Program-made: the position numbers and the translations under genes
Notes under the pieces: generated by a model
What the model saw: only the letters and a program-made list of their open reading frames with translations
What the model was told of the DNA's origin: nothing
The model's database searches: none
Source of the DNA: Hydrolagus affinis
Taxonomy: Eukaryota
Length of the DNA: 64,000 bases
Direction of reading: 5' to 3'
Assembly (NCBI GenBank): GCA_012026655.1
Contig: JAAILG010000925.1
Span: 1 to 64,000, forward strand
In this document: positions 23,701 to 35,089 of the stretch, in pieces
How positions within the stretch are numbered: the stretch's first letter is position 1
Layout of the letters: each line of letters begins with the position of its first letter

Positions 23701-25426
23701 CTACTGTTTATCTCAACATCCCACATCCAGGCAGGGAAAGGGGGGGATGGTACAACCAGGGCTATTACTCTGTACTGCTGGTTAGTGCCCCCCAATCCCG
23801 AAAATGTGTATGGATGTCAGGTGAACGCAGCTAGGGATCATCTGTGCTCACAAACAGAACCTTGTGGGTGGGGGAAGAGGAAGAGAGAATGTTTTTTTTA
23901 AAAATCTTGAACTAATAGTGAGTAAACCTAAAACAGCTGAGAGAAGAACAAAGTAAAATTGTGAAAATCAGCTGGATAACGTCGGGAACAAGCCTGCACG
24001 CTATGTTTCTAGAGTCTAATGAAGAAGTCATAAAGTTTCAGTCATACCCACAGACAGACATTCACTCACTTCAGGAGCGATCTCGACTATTCAGAGTGAA
24101 AATCTGTGAAACTGATAAAGAAACTGGTCAAAGACGACCCCGCAGCTCTGACCTGCCGCTCTGTCTGATAAATGACCACAGTGTCATTTGTCTCCTCTGT
24201 CTCTACATTTCCTGTGAATGCTGAAAGGGCAGCACAGCCGCTTCTAAACTGTGGGAATAGGATGCTATTCAGCCTCTGTGACCAACGAGGAAAGGTGCCA
24301 TTAATACTAGTCATTAAGGTTCATATCTGTGTTAATCATGTGCCTTTCAATACACACACACACATCCATGGACAACAAAAACACATGCACGCTTGTTCAA
24401 CAAAAACACTTCACCCACTCTTATACAAATTAATGAGCCTTTCAGATCAAATATTTAAACCAAAATCTAACTATCACTCACAGCCTTGGGACTTCCTTTC
24501 CAAAACACGTAATTTTCTGCATTTGTCACTCTGGTTTTTATTGTACTTTGTAGCCAATGTATTGCTGAAATGTTTCTAAGTTCCCTCAGTTATGATGTAG
24601 ATACACTATATATAACTCTCGCTGCCTGCCAGATTAATGAGACAAAGCACTCACTGGCCACCCACAGACTCCTGGAGAGCACAACTTCTTTTTAACAAAA
24701 TAAATTGGACCACGTTAACATAGAAAGCCAGTAGAAGTGTGTCACTTTAGACTATTGTAAAATTGAAAGAGAGGAAGCTGGTGGCGTCTTTAAACAATAC
24801 ATTTCAAATCTGCTCTGAGTTAAAGTGTGTTCAGATTCTGCCACTCAGATTTACAGCAACATTTAAATACGGAGTATTTGGTCCAGTTCATTCATTCCTT
24901 CATTCATTCAATAAAGAAAGAACCATTCATCTGCAGCATTTTCAGAGATTGAGAAGTCGGAGAGACTATCTTTTCCCTCTCTATTCCTTAGCTAGGCTAA
25001 TGTCTAGAGTTGAATAGTGCCCAGTATGGGTGCCTATATTTAACGTTGCGCATCTGTCTATAAATAGTCATAGCAATTAACAGCAATAAGCTATAAAGCA
25101 CTTTGAGACATCGACATTATAGGTGCTAAATTAATTTTAAGTGTTATTATTTTATAATTATTTATAATAAGCTCAAAAAGTTTAACGCTCCCACCTCCCC
25201 CGGATCTATTGCTGCCTTAGAGGATCTGGATAGAGACATAACTCACCTCATTTGAATCGCGTGAGTACTTGAACTTCAAGTTCCGAGGCAGAGTTGCCTG
25301 TGCGTGCACAAGGCTAGTGTCGGCGCTTGGGTCCCATGACTGGTCGTTCACAATATATGTACAACTTTCCTCAAATTCGGACTCGGTCCACTGAGTCATA
25401 TCCACGTCCTCCACATCCATTTTCAT
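2189..25426 (-). CDS. prdm1: PR domain zinc finger protein 1 (Blimp-1) family gene; spliced CDS complement(join(2189..2764,4464..4592,5970..7066,14843..15095,18254..18373,25247..25426)), 784 aa
   Basis: Exon lengths 180+120+253+1097+129+576=2355 nt (785 codons including TGA), all GT-AG and phase-consistent. Translation gives [20 protein letters not shown], a PR/SET domain, a Pro/Ser-rich region, five C2H2 fingers and C-terminal [13 protein letters not shown], matching vertebrate PRDM1 architecture. Orthologue versus paralogue status is unresolved (see findings). Confidence 0.95.
4170..4455 (-). mobile_element. Old Deu-domain SINE (SacSINE1/AmnSINE1-like) fragment in intron 6
   Basis: Minus strand shows ...CTTCGGATAAGATGTTAAACTGAGG...CAGATGGATGCGAATGATTCAGTGGCACTACTTGAAAAGAGAGGGGAGTTTCTCCTGGTG, homologous to 45050-45275; family name from recalled consensus. 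Confidence 0.65.
4464..4592 (-). CDS. prdm1: prdm1 exon 6 (end of finger 1, finger 2, start of finger 3), 129 nt
   Basis: Read manually as [43 protein letters not shown]; acceptor tctcatAG, donor CAG|GTAAGC. Confidence 0.96.
4631..4847. mobile_element. Copy of the palindromic MITE family in intron 5
   Basis: Shares AAATTCCAC, AATTGTGGAAAA, CAGTCTTAA and TTAAGACT blocks; terminus AATTTTGAGCCC. Confidence 0.6.
5074..5128. repeat. 26-bp inverted repeat (1 mismatch, 3-nt loop) built from an L2 3' tail
   Basis: AGCGTCTTTCACGTCAGGAGGACGTC-AGG-GACGTCCTCCTGACGTGAAAGGCGCT, followed by a T/GTTTT tail to about 5165. Confidence 0.85.
5970..7066 (-). CDS. prdm1: prdm1 exon 5 (Pro/Ser-rich region and first half of zinc finger 1), 1097 nt
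   Basis: Overlaps ORF 5865..7022: [55 protein letters not shown]; acceptor after a (CCT)n pyrimidine tract ...ctctaaacAG (phase 1), donor AAG|GTAACT. Confidence 0.95.
7120..7410. promoter_or_regulatory. Candidate intronic enhancer/silencer at the 3' end of intron 4
   Basis: AICE2 GAAATGAGTCA 7127-7137, ISRE-like AGTTTCATTTC 7171-7181, MARE TGACTCAGCA 7237-7246, ETS CAGGAAGT 7260-7267, C/EBP-type ATTGCGTAAT 7287-7296, Blimp-1 consensus CAGTGAAAGTG (minus) 7302-7312, RUNX AACCACA 7403-7409. Confidence 0.6.
7995..8260 (-). mobile_element. L2-clade LINE reverse-transcriptase ORF fragment
   Basis: ORF 7906..8160: [44 protein letters not shown], resembling the L2 ORF2 C-terminal motif LGV.FD..L.F..HI.......F.HLRNI.RLR. 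Confidence 0.8.
9950..10210 (+). mobile_element. Ancient AmnSINE2-like SINE fragment (best of about ten copies in the window)
   Basis: TGTGCTGAGTTTGCTGGTATCAGCC...GGAAAAAAGCAGCCAGGG...GCTCACACATGAACGATGG...GGACAAGGTACC; the same blocks recur near 23590, 32690, 41540, 48630, 55100 (+) and 5465, 20320, 38770, 40860, 51600, 59090 (-). Family name from memory. Confidence 0.5.
10371..10602. mobile_element. Palindromic MITE (about 230 bp) in intron 4
   Basis: Left arm CTGAAATTCCACCTGGTCTCAGCTTGTCAGACCAT versus reverse complement of right arm CTGAAATTCCACCTACTCTTAGTCTGGCAGACCAT; right terminus reads GGGCCTGAAATT. Confidence 0.75.
11345..11875 (+). mobile_element. L2 LINE 3' fragment
   Basis: [25 protein letters not shown]...[14 protein letters not shown]...LPYLSDL in ORF 11124..11732, then tail GAAAGGTGCTATACAAATG(TTG)n. 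Confidence 0.85.
14085..14645 (+). mobile_element. L2 LINE 3' fragment
   Basis: Degenerate homolog of 11345-11875 (CCTTCAGC/TGGAACTCC blocks, TTG tail). Confidence 0.7.
14843..15095 (-). CDS. prdm1: prdm1 exon 4 (PR/SET domain core), 253 nt
   Basis: [63 protein letters not shown]...; acceptor ttgcAG, phase-1 donor A|GTAAGT. Confidence 0.96.
16415..16645. mobile_element. Copy of the palindromic MITE family in intron 3
   Basis: AATTGTGAAAATTC ... GAATTTTTCACAAT internal inverted blocks and GGTGGAATT end; partial copies also at about 3850-4015 and 9700-9840. Confidence 0.6.
17210..17521 (+). mobile_element. tRNA-derived SINE, full length, in intron 3
   Basis: Same head, body and tail as 59412-59730, ending in (TTA)n; appears to interrupt an older L2 tail. 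Confidence 0.88.
18254..18373 (-). CDS. prdm1: prdm1 exon 3 (PR/SET domain, N-terminal part), 120 nt
   Basis: Absent from the ORF track; read manually as [40 protein letters not shown]; acceptor ctcctcAG, donor AGG|GTAAGT. Confidence 0.96.
18436..18482. repeat. Perfect 23-bp inverted repeat with 1-nt spacer; probable minimal CCCAG-ended MITE
   Basis: CCCAGGTAGCAAGCCCATATGGG-C-CCCATATGGGCTTGCTACCTGGG, flanked by GG on both sides. Confidence 0.85.
20697..21099 (+). mobile_element. tRNA-derived SINE interrupted by about 100 bp of G-rich sequence
   Basis: Head 20697-20800; body and tail about 20900-21099 with (TTA)n. Confidence 0.8.
25247..25426 (-). CDS. prdm1: prdm1 first coding exon (human exon 2 equivalent); full exon 25501-25247 including 75 nt of 5'UTR
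   Basis: Acceptor ttttcttcttctctAG before 25501; ATG at 25426 (GGG ATG AAA ATG G); encodes [33 protein letters not shown]...[19 protein letters not shown]; donor GAG|GTGAGT at 25246. Confidence 0.93.
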
Positions 25427-26444
25427 CCCCGCGGCCTCTCTCCTCTCCACTCTCCCGTCAAGCTTCAGACACTAGAAACCAATTGGCTTTTCCCCCGGTG
25501 CCTAGAGAAGAAGAAAATCTTTGAAAATCTTGATTGTCCACATTCTGTGGTTTCCTTTAGAGACAGTGTGTGACTAATAGAGCAGACTGAGGCGCTTTTT
25601 ACTATGCAGCAAATTGCTCAAAGTGCTTGAGTAATCGACTGAGTAGTCTAACATGCATGTTTAGTCGATTCAGATATGGAATCTAGTCTAGAACAATTGA
25701 AACAATAGATAACATGGGGAGTTTTTTTGGGGGGTAGGGGGGAGGATGGGTCAGTGGGTGGGCGGGTGAAAGAAACAATACTTCAAATATAACATAAGTA
25801 CATGTCCGTTTCCTTCTACCATTCTGCCTCCTCTCCCTCTCCTCCCAACCACATTTGAAAAGGTTGCAGTCTGTATCACAGGAAGCCTTCCGCATGGCTC
25901 CAAGTGCACTTCAGGTCATGGCCGGGCATCCAGTACCCTGTGGAAAAGCTGCTTCAGAAAGTGACACAAACAACCAGAGGAAGAGGAAGGAGCTGTTGTC
26001 TGCGTTGTTGAGCTAAATCTGGAACAGCGTGCGGCAGCAGCGGAACTCGCTGGCCTTTCCAAATGGGGAAGCCTGACATTTTCCCACCGATTCCTGAGAC
26101 ACAAACAATATTCAAAACAAATGGCCCTGACGTCTCCTCATCCTTTGGAGCAGACTGAATGTCAAGTCCAACAGCATCACCACTGACTGCACCTCAAAAC
26201 ATTCCCAGAGCACAACAATGAACCCACCAGTATCCTGTACATTGAAAAATGCAAAACATCATACCAGATAATAAATAGGAGATCTATTCCTATGAGACGT
26301 CATCAAATCAGACACACAAAATAACATGTGTGTCTTTACTTTTATAAGATAGACTATTTTTTAAGATTGTATTTCTTACTAATTTTCCAAAAGAAACAAG
26401 CACTACGTTATCACAAAAATCACAGCAATTTAAATGTCAAATAC

Positions 26445-26650
26445 CCTAGGGAAAAAAAAGGAAAGGTAAAGAAGTGAGGAGAGGGGAAAAAGGAGTAATC
26501 AAAATAAAAGGAAAGATTAGAGGGAAAAGAGAAGAACAAGGGTAGGAAAATGAGGTGAAAAGGAAAAAGCGAGAGAAAGAGAACAAACCGGAGAGGAAAT
26601 GAGAAAAGGAACACAGAAGGTAATAAGGGAAAAGGAAGAAAAGAAAACAG
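26445..26650. repeat. Purine-rich low-complexity tract in probable intron 1
   Basis: About 200 bp almost entirely A/G on the plus strand. Confidence 0.8.
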
Positions 26651-27321
26651 CACAATATTAAGACAAATTAGATTTTTTTTTAAAAAGAGGAAATAAAAGA
26701 CATGGAGGGAGACCAAGAAAAAAACGTCAAAAAGCAATTTAAATTAAAGACACTGCTAAAATAGAGTGCAGTTGTTTACCATTAGTACTCACTGGTACTG
26801 TCAGCTTTGGCCTGGAAGATGAAGACACACACAGATAGCAAACTCCACTGTTACAGCAGGTGCTGAGCTCATGCCTCTCACACACTGGAGGGCTGAGTGG
26901 TTTATACGTACTGAAAGTTTCAGTGCAACAAACAGACTTTTCCTTTCTCCTCCCTCTTTCAGGTTTATTAATAGGAAACCTGACCTGATGATTCACTCCC
27001 CAAATGTTCTCTGGTGAGACCTGCTGGGGCGGGATCTTTACCTGTACATCAACAGTATAGCATCCAATGAATGTAGAAAGCATCCAAGGGCACCTTTCCT
27101 CAAGACTTGGCAACAAAGAACATTTCAAACCCAGTTTTATACATATATATATTTTTAAACTCCTGAGATTTGAGCTGTGACCAACTTAAACTGCCAAGAC
27201 TTTCCGAGATGTAATACCCCTTTTTAAAAAAAAGGAAGCCAATAAGTTCCTTAAATTGTACTTTTTAAAACAAAATCCTGCTCCTAACTGAAAAACACAC
27301 AAACAGCCTAAGTAAACTCAC

Positions 27322-27490
27322 GCAAGTCCTTTCCTTCTGTACAATTCCCTAGTCTTAACCCCATCAGTACCAGCACACGCTGAACTACTGCTCGGTGCTT
27401 CAATTATAATTACCAGGATGGTTTGCAAAGTACAAAGCAAAAACCTTCAGCTTTAGGAATCACTTCACACGCAGTCAAACCTTGTACTGA
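27322..27490 (-). other. Candidate non-coding first exon of prdm1 (5' limit uncertain)
   Basis: The first coding exon begins with an acceptor, so an upstream exon must exist. A donor TGC|GTGAGT at 27321-27316 would give a 1.8 kb intron; an alternative donor CAG|GTAAAG lies near 27041. Confidence 0.35.
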
Positions 27491-28199
27491 CTGACTAATG
27501 AGGGTTAATCCATGTTACTTGTCCAGTATAGCACAGAAACTAAACCTTGAGAAAAGGCTCATGACTAAATGGGTTATCTGGATAACCATATTAAGCTATT
27601 AAAAGCAAAAATAGAAGGCAAAACAAAAATAAAACACTGAACCACAAGAAGTACTCATTCTGAGAGAAATGAAAAGGTAACAAGAATGCTGATGTGATCA
27701 GATAACCGGTTCACAGCAGAACTGCTCCCGTGGGATGTGGAGAGCTATTAGTGATTTTACTCACTGTTGTGGAGACTCATGTCAATCTCTTCCTCCTATC
27801 TGCCTCTGTCAGTCGCTGAAGGAAGGACATCCTGTGATGAAGGGACACAATGCCCCCATTTGTTTACTATTGGGAATGTAGACCTACATTCCTGCCTCTT
27901 CTTACAAAACAAACCAGTCACTTCACTTCCTTCACTATCCTCATCCTCCAAACAGCGCTGAAAGTACTTTCACAGTTTCTTAGTCAGAAAAGCACAGGAC
28001 TTTAGGCAACAATTTAAACTTCCTTCTCCAAAGCTCATAGAAAAGCTCAATTAGCCCATCAATCAGCAGTTGTGAAGACCACTATTATTTCAGTAACACC
28101 AAATGTGAGTACTTTAGCAATTGCTGCATGGTCACAATTGTCTAGAGAAAACCCCAGTAGCTTCCTTTAGATGCTATCAACACGTTCAGCTACTGACAG

Positions 28200-28420
28200 A
28201 TGTCAACAGCCTTCAGCTGCTGAGTGCATGCTCTCAGCTCTCTCGCTCTCTCACACACACAGAGATTGTGCGCGTAGGAAAAAAAAGTAAAAGATGAAGC
28301 GGTGTGGGGGGGGAGGAAGGGAGTCCCTCTCAGAACCTGCTTATTTCACACACCAAGACTGTTGCACCACATCTCCGTTACGGCAAGTTCCTGGAACCGT
28401 GGTGACTCTACAGTAAATGC
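28200..28420 (-). promoter_or_regulatory. Candidate prdm1 promoter-proximal region
   Basis: Non-repetitive and locally CpG-containing; kappaB-like GGGAGTCCC 28319-28327, STAT site TTCCTGGAA 28388-28396, G-rich box near 28303-28320. Confidence 0.3.
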
Positions 28421-29199
28421 TGACTTAATATTACCAATACTTCGGAGACATCTACAAGTCATTGCTGAAAACTCAAGGTGTTAGATTCGGTTAAAAAAAC
28501 ACATGTTGGTTCAACATAACGCAGAATTTGTTTAAAGCGGGTCAAGCAATGGGACATCAAGTTTTTTTTTGAGTTTTTAAATATTCAAGCCTAGTGGGGT
28601 AGGTGGGTGGAGAGAAAGAAAATGAATGGAAGGGAGGAGCTTAATCTTACTGTGGTTGAAATTCTCACCAAATTCAAGACCCGTTAGCAAAGTTTTGGAG
28701 GTGTGTATTATAAATCGTTTGCAAGCTCATGGGGTTGTGTTTTAATTACAAACAAATGTAACTGAACTCCGCACTTCCTAAACAGAAGTGTTCAAGTGGC
28801 TGTCTTACCCCTCAGCGAGCTTTTAACTTGTCTCGGTGTTTATCCAGTGCTAAGTATGGAGATTAAGCTGGTCTGTACCAGAAAGTGCAGTTTAACCCTA
28901 TCAGGGTTGGATTTCATTTCCTCTCCTCCTTTCTGATTTAAAACCTTGCCCCTCCACATTCCTGCAAATTTGGACAGGCATTGGGGTAAAGGCTCCACAC
29001 ATGCACAAGTAGCCCTCTGGTATGTTACCCAAATGGCCCCATGTATGAGCCCACACAGAGAATGTCCGCAAGCTGTCTGTGAGGGGTATGACATCCCACC
29101 ATCCAAACATGTGAAATTTGTAGTAGTATTCACTGGATAGTGATTAGGAGCAGGCACACTGGATGATTATTTCCACTTAATAGAGGAAAACTGTACAGC

Positions 29200-29498
29200 C
29201 TGGTCATTACAAATGAGAGACCTTACAAACGAGAGACCTGGGTTCAATACCACTCAGGGCGAAACCATCAGGCATGTGGAGTAAGTTTCCTTACTCCACA
29301 TGCCTGATAATAATCGCTAAAAAAAAAAACAATAATAAATTGGTTATTTCAATCCACGACTGTTTGTGGGACACTGATGTACGCAATTGGCTGCCACGTT
29401 TCGCCCACATACAATCACTCTAAAGTATATTCTGTGAAGCGCTTTGAGGCATCTAGAAGATCTGAAAAGCGCTATATAAAATGCAAGGATTATTATTA
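29200..29498 (+). mobile_element. tRNA-derived SINE, rearranged at the 5' end
   Basis: B box GGTTCAATACC, AAGTTTCCTTACTCCAC, family body and tail; 16-bp tandem duplication in the head. Confidence 0.8.
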
Positions 29499-32400
29499 GT
29501 ACTCCAGCTGGAATGGCTACCTGGGTGCAATCTAACCTCCTCCTCATCTATCTGACTTTTGCCGTACCTTTACTCACTGACCTCGTATTTTGTAACCCCA
29601 CAAACAAATTTAGTGATAGTGCCTCATCACATTGCCAAAATGCCTTGAAGCGCTTCACAGATTTTCACTATAAAGTGTAGCGACTGCATATTTGCAGGTG
29701 AATGCTGTTATATGTAAGTCTGCTTGTAACAGATGGGATGGTTCAAATCCAATTTATATTCTCGGATACATGCTGCAAATTTCAGGTCTCGAAAGGGTTA
29801 CATCAGGATAGAGACATTTGTCTCAATGCACAGCTCGCTCATTTTACAGGACCACCCACACAACTGTATCAGGCATCCACTTCCTACCCCCTTTCCCCCA
29901 GACATGCAATTCAAGAATAAGACACACTGATATTACTTGAGAAACATATCACAATTACTGTATGGGTTCAGAATGTATAAAACAACTTGGAGTTCACATG
30001 AATATTTAAAAAGTACGTAGTATAATTTCTTGTCTGAGGAAAAGATAAACATAAACTAAAAGGGCATCTGGGGAAAGATTATTTTATTTGATTGCAGCTT
30101 TTATATTTTGCTACCAGGGGAAAGAAATTACAAGTTAGTTGGGTGCAGTAATGCTTTGAGCGCTCGGAGATGTTAGTCAGTGTGGAGGGCGCTATATAAA
30201 TGCAAGTTGTTGTTCTTGTAGTTGTGTGTGTCTATGTGGGAGGTGGGTAATGGGGAAATAAAGGCAATAGAGAGGATAAATAAAACTCTGAATACATAAA
30301 ACTCAGAATGTAATAAAGTTGCACGTTGGAAGATACAAGTTGTAGTGATGTACACCAGAGAGATAAGTTTGCAAAGGCTTTCTGAAATATTGTGTAGGAA
30401 AGAAATGGTAGTAGCAAGCATCAGGCAGCTAAGATCTTACTCCCAATCACAGAACATACCAAAGGCAGCAACATTTTTAAAAATTCTAATTCCCAATGAT
30501 TACACGCATGAGGTACTCTGCTTGAGATCATACCACCTACGGAAGAGGGATGAGGCTTGCCACTAATCCCCCACTTTTCGTGACCTACTTCCTATTAAAT
30601 CTTTGGCTGCGTTTTATGCCATCTGGACAATTACCACAGCAAGAGGCAGGGAGCAAGTGCATCGGAAACACTCGTAGATCAATATGCTCTGCAGACAGGG
30701 AACTAATCTGCAGTAAGAGCTAATCATGCTCAATTTAGCACACCAGTGATTAAATTGTATTTTTCATTAGGACCAATAAGTGGAACAGGCCAGCTTCACT
30801 GAACTCAATGCTCCATCAACAGCAACTTTCAGCTCCGAGAAAGACAACTTGAGGACGGTACCTATTTAAAGAAAATAAACTTATATCCAATTACTGCCAC
30901 CTCGATCTTGGCTTCCACTTTCCTCAAGTGATTTCCACACTTACGTATTGTTCTTCAACACATTAAACAAGAATCGTCCCCCAACCCCACCCAGCCAGAG
31001 CTACAAATGGTGTTACAAATCCATCTCTTCTCCACACCCAGCTACTTTTCCCCCTTCCTTATGGCCATGCAAAATACAATAGTAAGCTACTGACTATGTG
31101 ATTGTATCTTAGGCTATTTATTTCAACAACAACAAAATTACCTATGTATAGTGCCTTTCGTGTCAGGAAGATGTCCCAAGGCGCTAGACAGTCAGCATTC
31201 AATACAGGCAATTAAACAATACTTTCAAATATATACCAGCCTTTGTTTACTGCTATTACCACCAGGGCTGCAATTTTAAATCAATCAATGTAAATAATCA
31301 AATTAGTATTTCTGAGATTTTTTTATTCCCCCCAGGGTCCTTCTTGGAGAATTAATTGGATAAAGTGGAAATAAATGTAAGGTTGGTAAAATTATGAAGA
31401 AAACTGTACTTTTGCATTTATTTTCATATGCTTCGTATTACAATCATTTAATATTTCAGTCAATTTGCTGCTGTAACATTAGCTTACTTTTTCAGGGTCA
31501 TGGGGTATGAGCTGAAAACACAAGGGAACCTAGTATGACACTGAGGCAAGAGTCTCTGTACAGCACTGACATTCCAAGGGTTAATTAAGAGTGCGGCCTA
31601 TTTTGTGTGGTGTCTGAAGCATGAAAGTGTATGTGTGTGTGTGGGGGGGGGGGACGTTGGGTGGGTGGGTTTTGGCTCCAGACAGCTCCATGGCAGGTGA
31701 GAGGATTTTAAAGTTATTGCTCTTCAGCTATACTCTGAGCAGTGATTTGTCCCTAATAAGAGCAATTAACAGCACAACTCCATTGAGCTCCAAAGCCTCC
31801 CTAATTCTGTTTGCAATTCCTTTGTAAAGGCAGTCCACGTAGTTTGAGAGAGTAACAAAGCCTGTAGCATCAATACCTGCATCCTTTCACAGCAGAGTTT
31901 AGCACTACACAAGCATTCACCTACAAATATACAGTCACGGTGCTTCATAGTGAAATCTTGAAGTGCTTTACAACATCTCGGTAATGTGCTTAGATATTAT
32001 ATCAAATGTAAGGTTTATTCATTTAAATTATTATTAGATTACACATGGAAAATGCCACATCTTCGCAACAGGAAAACATCAAATCCCTTCTACCCTCACA
32101 ATACAAAATACTATCAAAGCAGATTAGCTCGATGCTTAGACCATGCTGCTGAACATTCAACTTAATCTCTTTGCTGAACAACAATTCTTTTTAAAATAGC
32201 AGATGGATTGCAATTCCCACAGAGTGCAGGATAGTTTCACTCGAGGATCTCTCTAGACCTGGTTACAATTGGTTGCCTGCTTGTAAACCACAGTCACCCA
32301 CTCTTCAATCTAAAGATCTAAGAGTCAAGCGAAGAACTTGTGAAGCTCGGCCAACCAGGGTTGTGGAGTTCGACTGACGGTCAAAGCCTTGTGCCTTGAA

Positions 32401-35089
32401 CTCAAGGGGGAAGGGATCATGGCCTCCAACACAGGAGCTTCTGGCCCACCCTTTAGATCATTCTTGATGTGAGGTCTTCCTTTCTTATCCCCAATAAGGA
32501 TCTTTCATAATAAACTTGAGAAGAACGTATAACAGCTGTGGACGAAGGCAGAGGTGCACAACACATAAGCCTCCAGTTCAGATATTTGTCAGCCAAGCAG
32601 AAGGCAAGCCAAGAAATATCAGATCAACAATTTACTCATTTTGCTTGTGTAGGAAGAGCTGAGTTAGTTGATTACCGAAAAGAAAAATGTTTACTCAGTT
32701 AGTAAATGCATCTCGAGTGTGCTATTGAGCCACACAGACCCAAAGTTCCCAGGTTCAATTCCCAGCCCATGTGGGTTGAATTAACTCATCTCCCCCAGGA
32801 TAGAATTGGAGCTGATATGATTCACTCATGATATTTGGGGGGGATAGGGTGTTCATGGTGGTGATGGGGAAGGAAACAGCTAAGTTGTGGGTCAGGGTTC
32901 CTAGAGACCTCTTCTGGATGTTGATTATAATACTAATAATCCTTGCATTTGATATAGCGCTTTTCACATCTTATCGACGTCTCAAAGCGCTTCACAGAAT
33001 ATACTGTATTGCTCATGGCCTGAATCAGGCTTGGCTGTACTGCACGCCCTGGTCAAATAGTGCTCTGACAATTAATACCTAGTCCGGTGAATGAAGAATT
33101 GCCACTTTTATAATTCCCCCATTCTTGCGGCGCTGTATGTTTTAACACAGCAGCAAATACTCTTGATGAGCTGGGTTTTCTCGCTGACATGACACCAGCA
33201 CAGATTGCTTATCCTTTTGATATTTTACAATCTCACTTCCACATCTTGTCGACAGAAAGTACAGTTTTAAATCAATTCCTTCTCCTTCTGAAAGTGTCAA
33301 CATTTGGTTCACTTTCCTCTGTGATTTCCTCCTCCCATTACATTCTCTAGAATCTCCAGTTGACTGGGGACAGGGCAGAGGGCAGGCAACGAGGGCCCAG
33401 ACCTCTGCCAATGCAGATCCGTAACTGGCCACTAGGTGGAGTGTGAGTGTCTTGGGATAATGGTGATTCTCTCTTGCTCTCTCTCAAACTCATAGTAGCA
33501 AGAGTCTGGGTCTTACTCTTACCACGCTTTTCGACAACCCATTGCGTCTTCAGTGATGTGCACTGCTAAGGTTTACATATTAACAGAAGCTAGGTTTAAA
33601 GAGAAAATGGTCTCCTACTAACAGAATGTGGCACTTCCATGTCAAAGATGAGAAGCAGGAAGGAGTACAGCTCCCACTGCTCATTCTCAACAATGTGCCT
33701 TAATCCCACCCTGAGAAAACACCCAATAAGGATCACTGCTGTTTGTAGGGTGATTCGGAGTAAGGTTGTTCATTACGGTCAATCTGTGCTAATTCATAAG
33801 ACAGGTGTGGGATGGAAATTCACTCCAATTGACTCAAGATTGCCCACTCATTTGATGTCAGACCCTTACAGTCAACATAGAGACCGTTGGACCAGCTATT
33901 GAAATGACTAAGCACTGAGCTTAATGTACCACCCAGAAGTGAATAAAGTAAATATTCACACCACTTTTCCCCCCACATATTAATGACAGGGTGACAATAT
34001 ATCTATAATCTATATATATATATATCTATATACAGTATCAAGGAGCAACAGAACTTTCAATCAAATGAGGTGCAGATTAACTGAGGTTCACCCACTGCAT
34101 GAAAAGTGAAATCCATGGCCCTGCAAATAGAATGTGCTTGAGATTTGTAGCCATTTGTCTCTTCAGCACAGAGACAAATCTTGCCGCCTGTGTCAGATCC
34201 TGCTCAGCTAGTAGATGTGTATCCATTAACTCTACTGTAAGTGGACAGGGTGGGATGTGGCTATGCTCGGTTCTTGCCAAGTCAAATCAAGTTAGTCAAG
34301 AGGTACAAGTTTAAAACAATACAAAGCTCCCAAACTCTGCGTTTCACCTGTACTCTTTGCAGCAGCACTAAATGGTCACAGAATGTGGGTGACTACAACG
34401 AAATCGGCGGCTGCAAACGTTTTGGGCCTTTAAGGGTGGAGTGACAGTTAACTCCCAACCATATCTTAAAGAGAGGTTTGAAGCACCCATTTGAATGAAA
34501 ATGATCACATCAAGTACCACATATTACCCTAATCCTAACCCAATAGATTCATTGCTGCAATTTACTTCAGAGGGTCCAACTCATGTGTCTGTCACATCAC
34601 TGTCACTGAATACAAACAGACTCAGGCACAGTGCACCTTAGAATTGCATCACATTGTGCTCCCTGTCCACATTTGTGTATGTTAGGGTATCTTTGTTCAA
34701 GCACCTGCAGCTCGCAGATACTAACGACAGCCAAAACAGTTCAGCCTTAAGTCGATGGAGCAAGTTCCAGCACCCATATGTTCAACCTTGTGCTTCTGGG
34801 TTGTACTCCAATTACCCAAATATTAAAGCCTTTATAATTGGTTTACCCAAGAGCAGTCACCAGAAGCAGGCTGGCAGACAGCCAGGAAATCCAAGAAGGG
34901 ATTTCAAACGCCACAAGCAACTCTCCTCCTCTAAGGTTCACTGAACTGCTTTAATCACAACACAAGTACGACTTTTCAACTGCTCCCCGCTGCACAGGCC
35001 ACCCCAACTCCGCACAGAGCAGGAGAAGCCTCCGCAACAACTTTCTGAATGGCTGTCAGGCTGAGCAGAGTGCCAGTAGTTTTTTTTTA

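Noticed and set aside
26420-26737. Phe/Leu-rich membrane-like ORFs
   Set aside because: Artefact of the polypyrimidine tract.
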